From an uncultured virus (IMG/VR IMGVR_UViG_3300010234_000006) (taxonomy: Duplodnaviria > Heunggongvirae > Uroviricota > Caudoviricetes), in the IMG/VR virus record IMGVR_UViG_3300010234_000006: DNA of 64,000 nucleotides; one strand, written 5' to 3'. The position numbers and the translations under genes were made by a program. Under the pieces are notes generated by a model. That model had not been told where the DNA came from, did no database searches, and saw only the letters and a list, made by a program, of their open reading frames with translations. Positions 1 to 9,963 of the stretch are shown piece after piece; the first letter of the stretch is position 1; each line of letters starts with the position of its first letter.

Positions 1-374
1 TTCTTGATGGGCTCCTCGCCACCCAGGTGGGCAATCTCAGAGTCACTCACGCTCGCTAGCTTCAAGAACTCCTCCTTGGCGAGCTGGAACCACTCATGAA
101 TCTCCGCCTTCGCCTGGTTGACAGTGAGGGCTTTGGGTTCGGAGGCGGGAAGCTTCATCCTGGCAACCACCTCGCTCATCTTCTGAGCCTGCTGCTCGAG
201 AAGGGCAGAGCCCTTTGCGATGATCACCGACTTCGACGCAAGAAAATTCGAGAGCGTGCTGAACTGCTCATCGGTGAGCTCCTTCTTCTTATCAGAAGTT
301 GCGGCTGCAATGGCGAGCAGGCCGCCTCCTATCACGACGCCCCAGAAGAGCTTTCCACGTTTCTTCTTCTTCAT
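1..374 (-). CDS. N-terminal-leader membrane protein, truncated at window start
   Basis: Manual translation MKKKKRGKLFWGVVIGGGLLAIAAATSDKKKE..., open to position 1; ATGA overlap with the stop of the 371-973 gene; absent from the ORF track. Confidence 0.8.
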   Translation of the reverse strand, partial: MKKKKRGKLFWGVVIGGGLLAIAAATSDKKKELTDEQFSTLSNFLASKSVIIAKGSALLEQQAQKMSEVVARMKLPASEPKALTVNQAKAEIHEWFQLAKEEFLKLASVSDSEIAHLGGEEPIK

Positions 375-973
375 GACTTCCTCTTCTTATCTCCCGACGT
401 GAAGCCGAGGTAGAAAAACACAATGCCTGCAGCGGTGAGCCCGACCGCGGCAACAATATCCTTTGATGAGAACCCGCCCTCGAGCGAGGGCTTCACTACT
501 GGCGCCTTGTCCGGGGGAGACGCCTCACCCCCATCATCCTCGTCCGAGACATTCTCGAGCAAGAGTGGACCAACAGCGTCGGCCCCGAGCTTTTCGATGT
601 AGTGGTCCTTGATGGCCTGAGGCGTTCTCCACCAGACATCGATGACCTGCTCCATCCCATTCCCGGTCTTCCACGACGGGAGGAATCCCTCTTCCCAGGC
701 CTTCGCCGTGGTCTTCTCGACGTGACCCAGGGTGAACGAAGGGTCTTCCTTTCTCAGAGTTGCGAAGTATTCTACGAGGCCTGGGGGAGCTGCGACCCAC
801 TGGCCACCGCTCGTCACCTGAGTGACGGGTCCGTGGTAGTAGTAGCCGAGGACGACGAGGTGAAGGTCGTCGCCGTGAATCTTCGCCTCGTCGTAGGCAT
901 CCTTCAGAATGGACTTGTCTCCTGTGCCGTACGCAAGGGCGAGAAGACGATTGAAGTCCTCGCGGCTTCTCAT
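371..973 (-). CDS. Tail-anchored membrane protein, GD..GP family
   Basis: AYGTGDKS...YYHGPV; C-terminal TM IVAAVGLTAAGIVFFYLG then basic tail. Confidence 0.8.
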   Translation of the reverse strand: MRSREDFNRLLALAYGTGDKSILKDAYDEAKIHGDDLHLVVLGYYYHGPVTQVTSGGQWVAAPPGLVEYFATLRKEDPSFTLGHVEKTTAKAWEEGFLPSWKTGNGMEQVIDVWWRTPQAIKDHYIEKLGADAVGPLLLENVSDEDDGGEASPPDKAPVVKPSLEGGFSSKDIVAAVGLTAAGIVFFYLGFTSGDKKRKS

Positions 974-1308
974 GCCTTCTTCTCCTTCTCTTTCTGCTTT
1001 TGCTTCTCGCGGTGGTTGAGAACTGCGTAGAGTGCACCCGCGGCAACGACGGCGCTGCCGAGCGCGATGAGGAGATTCGCGACGTTGTCACGAGACTTCG
1101 ACTCCTCTTCCTCATCGGCCTCTTCGACGGCCTCCTCGAGCTCTCCCGTCGTGAGCGCGCTGGACAGCTCCATGCGACGGTAGTAGTTCGGGTTCTCGTC
1201 GATGTGGTCCATCGCCGTGCCGAGAGCCTCGTACGGATCCATATCCGGATGCTCGGAGTACTCGGTCTGGAATCCTTGGATGATTTCGTCCATCGTCGCC
1301 ATGCTCAC
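970..1308 (-). CDS. DUF5661-like protein with C-terminal TM anchor
   Basis: GFQTEYSEHPD...AMDHIDENPNYYRRM resembles the DUF5661 E.EH...DHL.E.P.YY motif. Confidence 0.7.
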   Translation of the reverse strand: MSMATMDEIIQGFQTEYSEHPDMDPYEALGTAMDHIDENPNYYRRMELSSALTTGELEEAVEEADEEEESKSRDNVANLLIALGSAVVAAGALYAVLNHREKQKQKEKEKKA

Positions 1309-2426
1309 ACCTCGTTCTCAGCCCACTTGTATCTAGCGCAGAAGGAAGGCTTGTCCGTACCGAACCCCCTGCTCTCATCAGCCTGACCGAACAAATAGTC
1401 CGGCATGCGCTCCCTGATCAACAAGCTCATGGGGCTGACTTTGAGATCTGCGGCTTCCGGGTAGCTTTCCTCCAACCCATTCAGGACGTTCAGGATGTCG
1501 TTCTTGCTCATGGTTCTCCATCCCTGCCATTTCAGCTTCGAGGCCGAGGAAAGGGCCCTGGACAAATCAACCACCCGAGGGCTCTCGCCGAGGTCCTTGT
1601 CCCGAGAAATGTCACGGAAGTAGTTATGCACACTCTGGTTGTGCATGGTGATGTCGAGGTCCAAGATTATACGAGCATCCTTCTTCTTCCCTTCGGAGCT
1701 GTCGTAACCCTTGATCCCGGTGCCCATCTCTACGGCCCGGCTGAATCCATGCTCGATTGCCATATCCAGATCTACGAGTCTCCTCTTCCGATTGAAGAAG
1801 CTCTTTATGACAAGAGCGTGGTGGTCGAGCAGCTCCTCTCCTCGGGAATCGAGCATGGCCTCCGCAATGTCCGTGACGAGCATCTCGTACATTCTATTGT
1901 TCCAGCAGAGGTTCACGATGAATCCGTTTGGCATCGTGAACCTTGCTGCCTCAACATCCTGAAGAAAGAACGGAGGTCTGAACGACGGACTTGTGAATCC
2001 CCAGCTCGATGGGTATCCACCATGCGCATAGTGCTTGAAGTCTACATTCGAGAACCGACTGAAAGCATCTCCTCCAGAAAGCTCGTAGACCAGCCTGGCA
2101 ACATTGAGCGCCTCCTTCTTCAACTCATGGTAGTCGGCAGCTTGGACGAGACACTCCAGTGTCTCGAGCGGAGGCTGGTGTCCATCCGTTCGGCTGAACA
2201 TGCGGACAGCCTCAGCGGATGCAGCGATGACATCCTTTCCGCTCTCCATGCTGTACCGACGATGAAGCTCTCCGCCTCGCACAGAAGCACCCTCGAGGCC
2301 TCCCAGGGTGGGAAATGTGACGGTCGTGCACTTCGGCAGGCTTTTCCTTCTCTTTCCGCCTGTGGCTGCAACGATCGTCGCCGCGAGCCCCAAGCCGAAC
2401 AGTGCAACCTTTTTCCAGGTCTTCAT
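1305..2426 (-). CDS. N-terminal-leader protein (LCW..R motif family)
   Basis: Leader MKTWKKVALFGLGLAATIVAATGGKRRK; NLCWNNRMYEMLVTDIAEAM. Confidence 0.75.
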   Translation of the reverse strand: MKTWKKVALFGLGLAATIVAATGGKRRKSLPKCTTVTFPTLGGLEGASVRGGELHRRYSMESGKDVIAASAEAVRMFSRTDGHQPPLETLECLVQAADYHELKKEALNVARLVYELSGGDAFSRFSNVDFKHYAHGGYPSSWGFTSPSFRPPFFLQDVEAARFTMPNGFIVNLCWNNRMYEMLVTDIAEAMLDSRGEELLDHHALVIKSFFNRKRRLVDLDMAIEHGFSRAVEMGTGIKGYDSSEGKKKDARIILDLDITMHNQSVHNYFRDISRDKDLGESPRVVDLSRALSSASKLKWQGWRTMSKNDILNVLNGLEESYPEAADLKVSPMSLLIRERMPDYLFGQADESRGFGTDKPSFCARYKWAENEV

Positions 2427-2488
2427 TTGAACTACTCCAAGATCCGATCGATTTCGCTTAGGCCGAGAACCCCGACCTCTTTAAGCAG

Positions 2489-2917
2489 TCAGGGAAAGCC
2501 CGAAGTCGGAGGTGACTCTCGAAGCGGCACACCTGCGAGCTCGCAGAGCACCTTACCACCTCCCATGTCGTAGGCCACAACATCACCTGCGTAGACCAGG
2601 CGACGAAGGCTCTCTCCAACGTCCGAAAGCTCGTCCATCGGTCCCGTGATGCAGAACTTGTCCCGCATGAGAGCGCCGAGCTTTCTCTTCTTCTGGAGCG
2701 TGTCTGCGCTCCCCGGGAGACCATTCGGACTGAGAGGTCCAGCCCAGGCGACCCACATGAGCGTCGCATCGTCTCCGCAACCGCAGTGACGATTCCTCAG
2801 GTAGCGCATTGCTCGCTTGGCACTCTCTCGGTCTCCACGACACGCCTCCGTGAAGCAGCGCGCCAGGGAGGCCTCTTTACCGCCGCCGGTTCTGGGTCGC
2901 CTTTTCGATGTTGACAT
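2489..2917 (-). CDS. GD..GP family protein without TM anchor
   Basis: EACRGDRESAK...MWVAWAGPL; start moved to MSTSK. Confidence 0.6.
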   Translation of the reverse strand: MSTSKRRPRTGGGKEASLARCFTEACRGDRESAKRAMRYLRNRHCGCGDDATLMWVAWAGPLSPNGLPGSADTLQKKRKLGALMRDKFCITGPMDELSDVGESLRRLVYAGDVVAYDMGGGKVLCELAGVPLRESPPTSGFP

Positions 2918-3230
2918 ACTTGATCCCCATGCGAAGAAACTCGCGCTTGTAGTCTTCCTCGCCGTCAAAGTACTTCTGGCGAAGAACGTGAACGACTCGG
3001 TTTGCCGTGCCGCCCACCGTCGTGTTGATGAACATGACCGACTCCTCGGCCTGGTTTACCTTGGGCCAGAAGGCTGACAAGGCATCGCGCACTTCTGATT
3101 CTTCAGGAGGTCTCTGGTTGTGGGTGATCGACAAGCGTCGATATGTCATGATGCATTGAATCTGCCCCTTCTTCCAGAGGCCCTGTCCCGCCATATCAAC
3201 CTTTTCTGGGACGGGCTTCCACTCAGCCAT
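2877..3230 (-). CDS. Hypothetical phage protein
   Basis: GAAGGAG RBS before MAEWKPV; LSITHNQRPP segment. Confidence 0.6.
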   Translation of the reverse strand: MAEWKPVPEKVDMAGQGLWKKGQIQCIMTYRRLSITHNQRPPEESEVRDALSAFWPKVNQAEESVMFINTTVGGTANRVVHVLRQKYFDGEEDYKREFLRMGIKYVNIEKATQNRRR

Positions 3231-3326
3231 TAATCCTGCTCCTTCACGCCGCCGGAGAACGTCATGCAATGGAAAAATGAGGGTTCCGAGAACCCAATCC
3301 AAAACCTGCTTCACAGTGGATTCGAG

Positions 3327-4670
3327 ATGGGGGATGAGCTCACCATCCCTCTACCGCTCGTGCTCACTGCGGCAGGTACGATCATCACCAATTTAGCAAA
3401 CCGGCGTCTGGAGCGCTCACTCGAGGAGCTCAGGGAGAAGAGAGACGAGGCCATTATTCGAGCACTGCTTGCCGAGCTTGTCTCCACCAATCAGGACTTC
3501 GAGCTTCCGAAGAAGAGAAGCAAGTACATCACCAAGGGAGACTTCAAGGACGCCGTTGGGAGCTTCCCGTTCGGGTACACCTACCGCGGCTCACGCTACG
3601 TTCACATCGGCGCAGTGCACGCTTACGGCGGAACTCTTCTCGATGAGATGCACAGAGCAGAGCAGGCCGTGTGTGCCACTGTGATGAAGCGAGAGGACGT
3701 CGTCTACAACGTCATCCGCTTTGATGCGAAGGACAACGCCATCGAGCTGTGGGACGTCGACAAGTTCGAGATCGAGGGACTCTCCTCTGTTCGATGCTCA
3801 CACCGAATCCAGCGACGAATTCGGAGGGTGAAGACCAAAGAGTACGATGAACAGATTCTTCGCCCGCTCGTGCTTCACCGGTCATCACTCGTGGTGCCCA
3901 CCCACGAGTCGCACTCTGAGCTCGAATCCTTCGATAGAGCATTCAAGATGTGTGGTCTTCACAAATACAAACCGAAGACCGTCGGCGAGCTCGAGGCTGC
4001 ACTGAAGGACAAAGGCCTCGCCATCGAGGGCAACTCCCTCGTGACGACCAGGCCGAGAAGAAGAGGAGAGAGAGGGTTCAGGCCTGAGAGAATCGTCCTC
4101 AACCCCATCGAGGGGCAAGCGCCAATCTTTGCGCTGGGAACGCCCCTCAGGCAGACAACCGAACATTCGGACAAGGGTGTCTCGCTGCCACTCCACTGGG
4201 CGCTCTCGCAGGGACTCGTGAACAAGTCCGCACTCGACCTCGGCTGCGGGGAGGGTGGAGACATCGAGGTGCTTCAGGCTCTCGGGTTCAAGGCTCGAGG
4301 ATTCGACCCAGAGTACGAACGCTTCGACCGGCCCGTGCCAGTGAGGACGAAGTTCCACTACCTGCAGTCGGTGTTCGTCCTCGACTTCGTGAGAGCGCAA
4401 GAGCGCGTCTCCATCCTCAAGACGCTCGTCAAGTCATCAAGGCGAGACGGCATCATCATGATTGCCGTTAGAACGCGAGAGTACGTTCGCTACCTCGGGC
4501 GCGTGAACAAGTGGACGAAGGAGAACCGGGGCTACGTCGACCCCGACAGCACCTTCCACGAAGGGTTCACGCAGGATGAGATCGTGGAGTCCGTTGAGAA
4601 GCACAAGGTCAACCTCGTTCACATCGAGGAGACCGAGAAGTACTTCATTATCGTTTTGCGTCGACGCTGA
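3327..4670 (+). CDS. SAM-dependent methyltransferase resembling the DNA phosphorothioation-associated putative MTase family, with hydrophobic N-terminus
   Basis: ALDLGCGEGGD, GFDP, VFVLDFV...ER; upstream domain YNVIRF...PLVLHR...GL. Confidence 0.75.
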   Translation: MGDELTIPLPLVLTAAGTIITNLANRRLERSLEELREKRDEAIIRALLAELVSTNQDFELPKKRSKYITKGDFKDAVGSFPFGYTYRGSRYVHIGAVHAYGGTLLDEMHRAEQAVCATVMKREDVVYNVIRFDAKDNAIELWDVDKFEIEGLSSVRCSHRIQRRIRRVKTKEYDEQILRPLVLHRSSLVVPTHESHSELESFDRAFKMCGLHKYKPKTVGELEAALKDKGLAIEGNSLVTTRPRRRGERGFRPERIVLNPIEGQAPIFALGTPLRQTTEHSDKGVSLPLHWALSQGLVNKSALDLGCGEGGDIEVLQALGFKARGFDPEYERFDRPVPVRTKFHYLQSVFVLDFVRAQERVSILKTLVKSSRRDGIIMIAVRTREYVRYLGRVNKWTKENRGYVDPDSTFHEGFTQDEIVESVEKHKVNLVHIEETEKYFIIVLRRR

Positions 4671-5175
4671 GCTCGTAGCGCTTGAGGCTGTCTGCGTCCA
4701 TCACGTCGTTCCCGAGAGAGAGAATGAAACGACGACCTGAGACAGGCGTTGCGCCCTCGAGCGTCTTCAGGTGGTTCGGGAACTGAACGTCGAGCTCCTG
4801 GTCCTTGATGGGTCCCTTGTGCGACCCGTTGTCGTACTCAGCGAAGATGGTCTCCCTGACTACGAGCTTTCCGTCCTGCAGTCCGCTCTTCAGGTGGCAC
4901 AGTCCGAACGACAACTCCTTAACGGGAGGACCCCACACGGAGATGCGGAGCTTCAGAGAGCCGTCTGGCTCGAGCGAGGCCTTGCGAATGTGAACCATCG
5001 CGTATCGCTTGTTCGCCGCGGTCTTCGGGTCGAAGCTCGGGCACTTCTTCAGGAAGTGTCCCTTGGCGACCTTTTCGTCTTCGGCCTCTTTGGAGCCTCC
5101 GTAGACGTTGTATCCGATGAGGAACCCCGCGCCCGCAAGTGCGCCCCAGATTATGCTCTTTGTCAGGCTCGGCAT
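4648..5175 (-). CDS. N-terminally anchored membrane protein
   Basis: MPSLTKSIIWGALAGAGFLIGY followed by a beta-rich soluble domain. Confidence 0.7.
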   Translation of the reverse strand: MPSLTKSIIWGALAGAGFLIGYNVYGGSKEAEDEKVAKGHFLKKCPSFDPKTAANKRYAMVHIRKASLEPDGSLKLRISVWGPPVKELSFGLCHLKSGLQDGKLVVRETIFAEYDNGSHKGPIKDQELDVQFPNHLKTLEGATPVSGRRFILSLGNDVMDADSLKRYELSVDAKR

Positions 5176-5351
5176 GCCGTGCCTCCCTTATGAATGATTC
5201 TCGTGTGAGGATCTCTATCCGACGGCCTTGTGTTTCGTTCCAGACCGTCGGCGAGCAAACTCTGTCTTTATCTCATCGATGTTGAGACCTGTGAGCGTCG
5301 TCACCTTTTGAAGAGTCTGAGTCGTCCTGCAGAGCTCGGAGATGGCACCCT

Positions 5352-6014
5352 TCAGGTCCTCCGATCCCTCGACTCGTTCCTCATGTACTCCCGCATCGTC
5401 CCCTCGAGGCTCGCTTGCTGCTTCACGGACTGGAGCATTGTTTGGTTGAGCGCTGTTACCGCCTGCACGAGGTCCCGAATGTCCTCGCGTGGTGAGTAGA
5501 TTAGCTTGGCTCCTCGTGCGTCTTCTTTTTGCAACCATTGGTGGATCTCTCGTGTCTTTCCGACAATCTCCTGGACGCTCAGAGCATCAGGTCTCGCCAG
5601 GTTTGCGCTACTTCGAATGGACTCTCCCATCTCCGTCGTGATCTCTCTGACCGACTGCTGCAGTGCTTCGCTCAGCGAGGCCTGCACTTTATCGTGAACG
5701 GTGTCGGCCACCTCTGCAACCAGCTTGTTGCGATCGAGCTCTTCGGATGCCTTCTTCTGTGCGAGCTTCTCAGGGTCTGTCTCGGCTTTACGCTCGCGGC
5801 CGGAGAGAAAATCTTTTCTGACTTGGATGCCAAAGTACCCAAGGATTGTCGTGACGACCGTCCAAATCCCAACCTCTTGAGAGGTCGACATTCCGGCGTC
5901 GGCGGCGGCACCCGCCGCGCTTGGATCAGCCGCCTGATGGGCTGCTTGTGCTGCATCGCTCACAGCGGGGGCGACATCTTGAGCGATGAACAGAATGAGG
6001 TCTGCGAACTCCAT
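5352..6014 (-). CDS. Membrane protein with coiled coil
   Basis: TM VGIWTVVTTILGYFGI; helical C-terminus. Confidence 0.7.
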   Translation of the reverse strand: MEFADLILFIAQDVAPAVSDAAQAAHQAADPSAAGAAADAGMSTSQEVGIWTVVTTILGYFGIQVRKDFLSGRERKAETDPEKLAQKKASEELDRNKLVAEVADTVHDKVQASLSEALQQSVREITTEMGESIRSSANLARPDALSVQEIVGKTREIHQWLQKEDARGAKLIYSPREDIRDLVQAVTALNQTMLQSVKQQASLEGTMREYMRNESRDRRT

Positions 6015-6029
6015 GGCGACTATCTCCGA

Positions 6030-6239
6030 TTACTTGCCGGCCGATTTCCCAAAGGGGAGGAAGTCGCCGATATCTTCTTTGAGCCCGCTGAGCGCTTGCT
6101 CAGCTCCCTTAATTCCCTCGCCAAGACCCTCTCGAACCTCCGAGCGAATGTACGCGCTCTTAACAACTTTGTACGCGGCGTAAAAGCTCACCGAGCCAAG
6201 GATGAAGAACGCCACCTGTTGTGCGTTGACTTTGTTCAT
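6030..6239 (-). CDS. Small membrane protein
   Basis: VAFFILGSVSFYAAY TM; coupled to the upstream gene. Confidence 0.7.
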   Translation of the reverse strand: MNKVNAQQVAFFILGSVSFYAAYKVVKSAYIRSEVREGLGEGIKGAEQALSGLKEDIGDFLPFGKSAGK

Positions 6240-6643
6240 CAGGGCTCCAGCTTCGCCTCGGACTCTTGAAGGTCAGCAGCCGCTCTCACCTTCGCACCAA
6301 CCTCGAGGCATCCCTCGTGGTCCTTGTCCTCGATGGTGACCTTCGTCAGGTTCACCCCAGCAAGCATCTCGATGATGTCGAGCGCTGGGATCTTGGTAAA
6401 ATCGAACAGGGCGTGCGCGCCGTGCGGGACGTTCTCTCCGTAGCAGATGTCTCCGGAGATCCCGATAGAGACCTCCGTTCCGACCTTGCCGTGGGCGCTC
6501 GCATCGAAGTGCGTGCTCTCTGTCCCATTCTGAAGGAGGCGACCCTGCACCCCGTCGAAGCGAACAACGTTGTAAATCTCGGGGCATCCGGTGAGCACGA
6601 AAGAGCTCGACAAAATCACAGCCAAAAGAAGCGCTCTCATCAC
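6239..6643 (-). CDS. Lipoprotein
   Basis: Signal peptide with lipobox LTGC. Confidence 0.7.
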   Translation of the reverse strand: MMRALLLAVILSSSFVLTGCPEIYNVVRFDGVQGRLLQNGTESTHFDASAHGKVGTEVSIGISGDICYGENVPHGAHALFDFTKIPALDIIEMLAGVNLTKVTIEDKDHEGCLEVGAKVRAAADLQESEAKLEP

Positions 6644-7266
6644 TTGTTCTCCCTATTCTTCTTAATGAGGTATCTGGCGAGGAGCGCGAGGGCGAGTCCG
6701 GCCACCACCAAAGTCGTGGTGTTGTTCTTCTTCTCGCCCTTTTCGGAGGCCGCCACCTCAGCCGATGAATCCTCCTTGGGCTTCTCCTCTGCATCAGGCT
6801 TCAGACTCTCTGCGGGCTTCACCCCCGCGCCTATGGGCTGAAGCACCTGGGAGAGCATCGGAGCCTGGAAGGTCTCCTCGTACCTTTCGCGGCTAATCTT
6901 CCCATCGATAGGAATGTCGAAGTACTCGAGCATGACATCCCCACCAGGGGACGGAGCGGAGTACTTCACGACCATGGCCTTCCTGTGTATCTCACGAAGG
7001 CCTTCGAGGTAGTCGCTCATTGACGAGAAGATGGTCCCGTCGTACACGAAATTCGCATAGGCCATCTCGGTGTCGGGAGCCGTGTATCGAACGTCGCCGT
7101 TGTAGACGATGGGTCCGTTCATCGCGACCCAGGTCCAGATCGCCTCGTCGACATCCTTTGCGTCGTACGCGATGTAGTGCGCCTCTACCGCAGCTCGCCG
7201 GTCACCTTCAGAAGCTGCCATTCGGAGCGTCTTGTACTCTGCGTTCTGTTCGAGTTCTGGCTTCAT
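6640..7266 (-). CDS. Tail-anchored membrane protein, GD..GP family
   Basis: AASEGDRRAA...WVAMNGPI; C-terminal LVVAGLALALLARYLIKK. Confidence 0.8.
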   Translation of the reverse strand: MKPELEQNAEYKTLRMAASEGDRRAAVEAHYIAYDAKDVDEAIWTWVAMNGPIVYNGDVRYTAPDTEMAYANFVYDGTIFSSMSDYLEGLREIHRKAMVVKYSAPSPGGDVMLEYFDIPIDGKISRERYEETFQAPMLSQVLQPIGAGVKPAESLKPDAEEKPKEDSSAEVAASEKGEKKNNTTTLVVAGLALALLARYLIKKNRENK

Positions 7267-7778
7267 CGCTTCTTTTTCCTCTTGAGCCACCGATAACCAA
7301 GGTATACGGCGCCCACGCCTACGATAACAACAACCACCGGGGAGACGCTCTCTTTTTCACGAGCGCCCTTCGCAGTTGCCGCCACAGCGCCGTCCTGGTC
7401 GAGTGGTTCGTAGAGCTCGCCCCCGGGCGCCCTGATGGGGATGTCGACAAATGTCTTCCCTCCCTCAATCCACCGAGAGAGCGCTCGCTGGGCAATGAGC
7501 TCGACGGCCACCTCGTCCACTTCGTTTGCTCGAGCAAAAAGGCTCCCAGGAGGCCTTACGAGGTACTCGTCCACCCATGCGCGGTAATCAGAGCTTCCGG
7601 CGCCCGAGACGGCGAGTGGGCCGCTCGCTGCGTGGAATGAGAGGATGGCTCCCGATGGATCTCGCATCGCCATCGAGTGTTCGAAGATGCGGCCAGCAGC
7701 CTGCCTGTCCCCGAGCATCATGGACTCGAGGTTTCTGTCGTAGGCCGCGGCGTCGAGGAGAGGGCTCTGCTCAGGCAT
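7263..7778 (-). CDS. Tail-anchored membrane protein, GD..GP family
   Basis: MMLGDRQAA...FHAASGPL; C-terminal VVVVIVGVGAVYLGYRWLKRKKKR. Confidence 0.8.
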   Translation of the reverse strand: MPEQSPLLDAAAYDRNLESMMLGDRQAAGRIFEHSMAMRDPSGAILSFHAASGPLAVSGAGSSDYRAWVDEYLVRPPGSLFARANEVDEVAVELIAQRALSRWIEGGKTFVDIPIRAPGGELYEPLDQDGAVAATAKGAREKESVSPVVVVIVGVGAVYLGYRWLKRKKKR

Positions 7779-8334
7779 TGGTCACTTCCCCTTGCTGGCC
7801 CGTGAGCTTCTGGAAGAGCTCAAAGGCGATGACTCCACCTGCGATGATGAGGAGCGTCTGGAGGATGTCTCCGGAGTCCCATGAGAACTGGGGGCTCTTC
7901 TTTGCGACACCCGTCTTCTGGTCGACACGTGCGCGAACGTCGATGTGCCATGCCGATGGTCCAGGCTGCCCCAAGGATGGACGGGGCTGATACTGGGCGA
8001 GGTAGTTCTGAGAGAGCATCTTCGCGACGGCGTTCTTCCACCGACGGTTTCCGCCAGAGCCGTAGGCCGCCTTCATGAGCTTCGTGTAGGCCGTATCCTT
8101 GAGCTCCTTGTAATCGGGTGGCTCAACGACAAGGGATCCAGTCGGGCTCTTCGTCGCGCCGTTGATGACATACCAGGCTACGGGGATGAAGTCCCAGTAG
8201 TCCTTCTTCTGGTTCGTCACCACATACCGAAGCCAGTCCATGGCCTTCTTCGAGGCGTCAGAGGCATTCGGGTTCTGGGTGAAGTAGAGAAGGTAGCCGT
8301 TGAGCTCCTTGTCAGTGAGAGTCTTTTTCGCCAT
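7771..8334 (-). CDS. Tail-anchored membrane protein
   Basis: C-terminal LLIIAGGVIAFELF; WYVINGA may be a remnant of the family motif. Confidence 0.75.
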   Translation of the reverse strand: MAKKTLTDKELNGYLLYFTQNPNASDASKKAMDWLRYVVTNQKKDYWDFIPVAWYVINGATKSPTGSLVVEPPDYKELKDTAYTKLMKAAYGSGGNRRWKNAVAKMLSQNYLAQYQPRPSLGQPGPSAWHIDVRARVDQKTGVAKKSPQFSWDSGDILQTLLIIAGGVIAFELFQKLTGQQGEVTNA

Positions 8335-8346
8335 CGGCTTTACCCA

Positions 8347-8802
8347 TCATGCGCGCGGCTTCGTGAGCCACTTGTAGATGCCAATCATACCGAGGATGAC
8401 TGCGCTACCGCCAACGACGATCTCCCCCGGACCTATCTTCTTCTCACCCTGCTTGGACATGGCGGCGCCTGCAGGGCGCGCTTGACCACCACCATTCATG
8501 GCAGCCTGAACGTGAGGAAGCTCTTCAAATGATGAAGGGCATTCCGTCGGCTGGTTCTCTTCTGTGAACGACCAGTCGAATCCAAATTCTCTCGGCCTGT
8601 TCCCCTGGTGCTCGAGCACCGTCTGCCTGAACGTGACGGCGTCGTAAATCTGCTGGGCAAGCTCTTCGCTGTCTTCCGTCCAGAGCAGGCACCAGAATAG
8701 AGTCGCCTCGAGCCCGAGAGGCTGAAGGAACTGCTGGTCGAGCGAGATGGAGAAGAGCCAGTCGAGCCCGATGTCATTCTTCAGATGTTCCCCAACCCTC
8801 AT
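8347..8802 (-). CDS. Tail-anchored membrane protein
   Basis: C-terminal IVVGGSAVILGMIGIYKW; RBS before MRVGEH. Confidence 0.75.
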   Translation of the reverse strand: MRVGEHLKNDIGLDWLFSISLDQQFLQPLGLEATLFWCLLWTEDSEELAQQIYDAVTFRQTVLEHQGNRPREFGFDWSFTEENQPTECPSSFEELPHVQAAMNGGGQARPAGAAMSKQGEKKIGPGEIVVGGSAVILGMIGIYKWLTKPRA

Positions 8803-8813
8803 CGTTCCCCTCT

Positions 8814-9584
8814 TCAGCTCTTGCGAGTCACGGCCCAAGCAACGCCTGCAGCGATAAGGGCTCCGACGAGAATCTTCCCGACGCTCATCCCTTCCTTCTT
8901 CTCCGAGTCCTTCTTGGGGGACTCGACCTTGTCATCACCGACGTACACCTTGCAGATCTTCTCGAGCTGCTCCTCGGTGTGTTTCGGCTCTGGCGTCTCA
9001 AGGCTTTGCCTGACATCCTCGGGCGAGCGCCCCCAGATGTCAATGAGGCCTTCCCACTCGACCAAGTCGCCCTGAGCCTTCATCGCCTCGGTGAGAACGT
9101 AGGCAGCCTCGGGCGTGTCGAAGTGATTCCTGGTCGAGACGAGCTCGTTGATGGAAACCTCGAACGGACTCGGAGTCTCGCCCTCACGACGGGTCGAGAG
9201 TGGCCCATTGAGAGCAATCCATGAAAGAAGACCGTGAGCGTATCGACTATAGTCCGCTCGGCCTTCAGAGAGGTCGAGGAGCTGCGCTGCGGCCTGCTTG
9301 TCGGATTCGTTCAGAGCCTTATAGAGGATGTCGTGGTAGTCGCTCGCCTTTGCGTCCCTCGAGGCCTCAATCGAAATGAGGTCTGCAGGCATGCCCCATC
9401 CATGAATCGAGACCACATTCGTCAGAGCGTTGATTTCGGCATTGACGAGAAGCCCGTCCTGCCGAAGTGATTCGGGAACCTGGTCGCCGAGGTCAAACGC
9501 ATCGCCGCTGTCGACGAGCGTGATCCCCCAGAACTCAGTTCCGTCTGGAGATGTTTCACGTGAAAGCAAGCCCTTCACAATCAT
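8814..9584 (-). CDS. Tail-anchored membrane protein, GD..GP family with extra N-terminal beta domain
   Basis: ALNESDKQAAA...WIALNGPL; C-terminal ILVGALIAAGVAWAVTRKS. Confidence 0.8.
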   Translation of the reverse strand: MIVKGLLSRETSPDGTEFWGITLVDSGDAFDLGDQVPESLRQDGLLVNAEINALTNVVSIHGWGMPADLISIEASRDAKASDYHDILYKALNESDKQAAAQLLDLSEGRADYSRYAHGLLSWIALNGPLSTRREGETPSPFEVSINELVSTRNHFDTPEAAYVLTEAMKAQGDLVEWEGLIDIWGRSPEDVRQSLETPEPKHTEEQLEKICKVYVGDDKVESPKKDSEKKEGMSVGKILVGALIAAGVAWAVTRKS

Positions 9585-9597
9585 CGCTTTACCCTCC

Positions 9598-9963
9598 CTA
9601 TCCTCGGTTCTGCATCTTCGCGTGATGCACTTCGGTGCAGAAATAGATGTCCATGTTGAACGCACCCGCGACGGCATCGATCACAAGACTGTCGGAAGCA
9701 ACGGCGAGCCGGTACCTCTTTCCCTCGGTGAGTCCATTCATGACGGGCGTCCCTGGTATGCCAGGAGCGCCCGGCACAGGAGCAACGGGAACGTTCACCG
9801 CGGCGGCCTTTCGGAAAAGCGCCATGATGCGCTGGTTCGCAGGAACCATGAACACAACGACGCCAGCTGCCTTCATGTCGGCTGTGAGCGGGACAACGAC
9901 CGGGGCTCCTGCGCTGAGCGTCAGCGTGTAACCAAATCCACCTACGATTCTATCCCAGCTCAT
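9598..9963 (-). CDS. Small beta-rich protein (possible minor structural protein)
   Basis: Alternating hydrophobic strands; lies in the structural cluster; ATGA coupling. Confidence 0.55.
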   Translation of the reverse strand: MSWDRIVGGFGYTLTLSAGAPVVVPLTADMKAAGVVVFMVPANQRIMALFRKAAAVNVPVAPVPGAPGIPGTPVMNGLTEGKRYRLAVASDSLVIDAVAGAFNMDIYFCTEVHHAKMQNRG

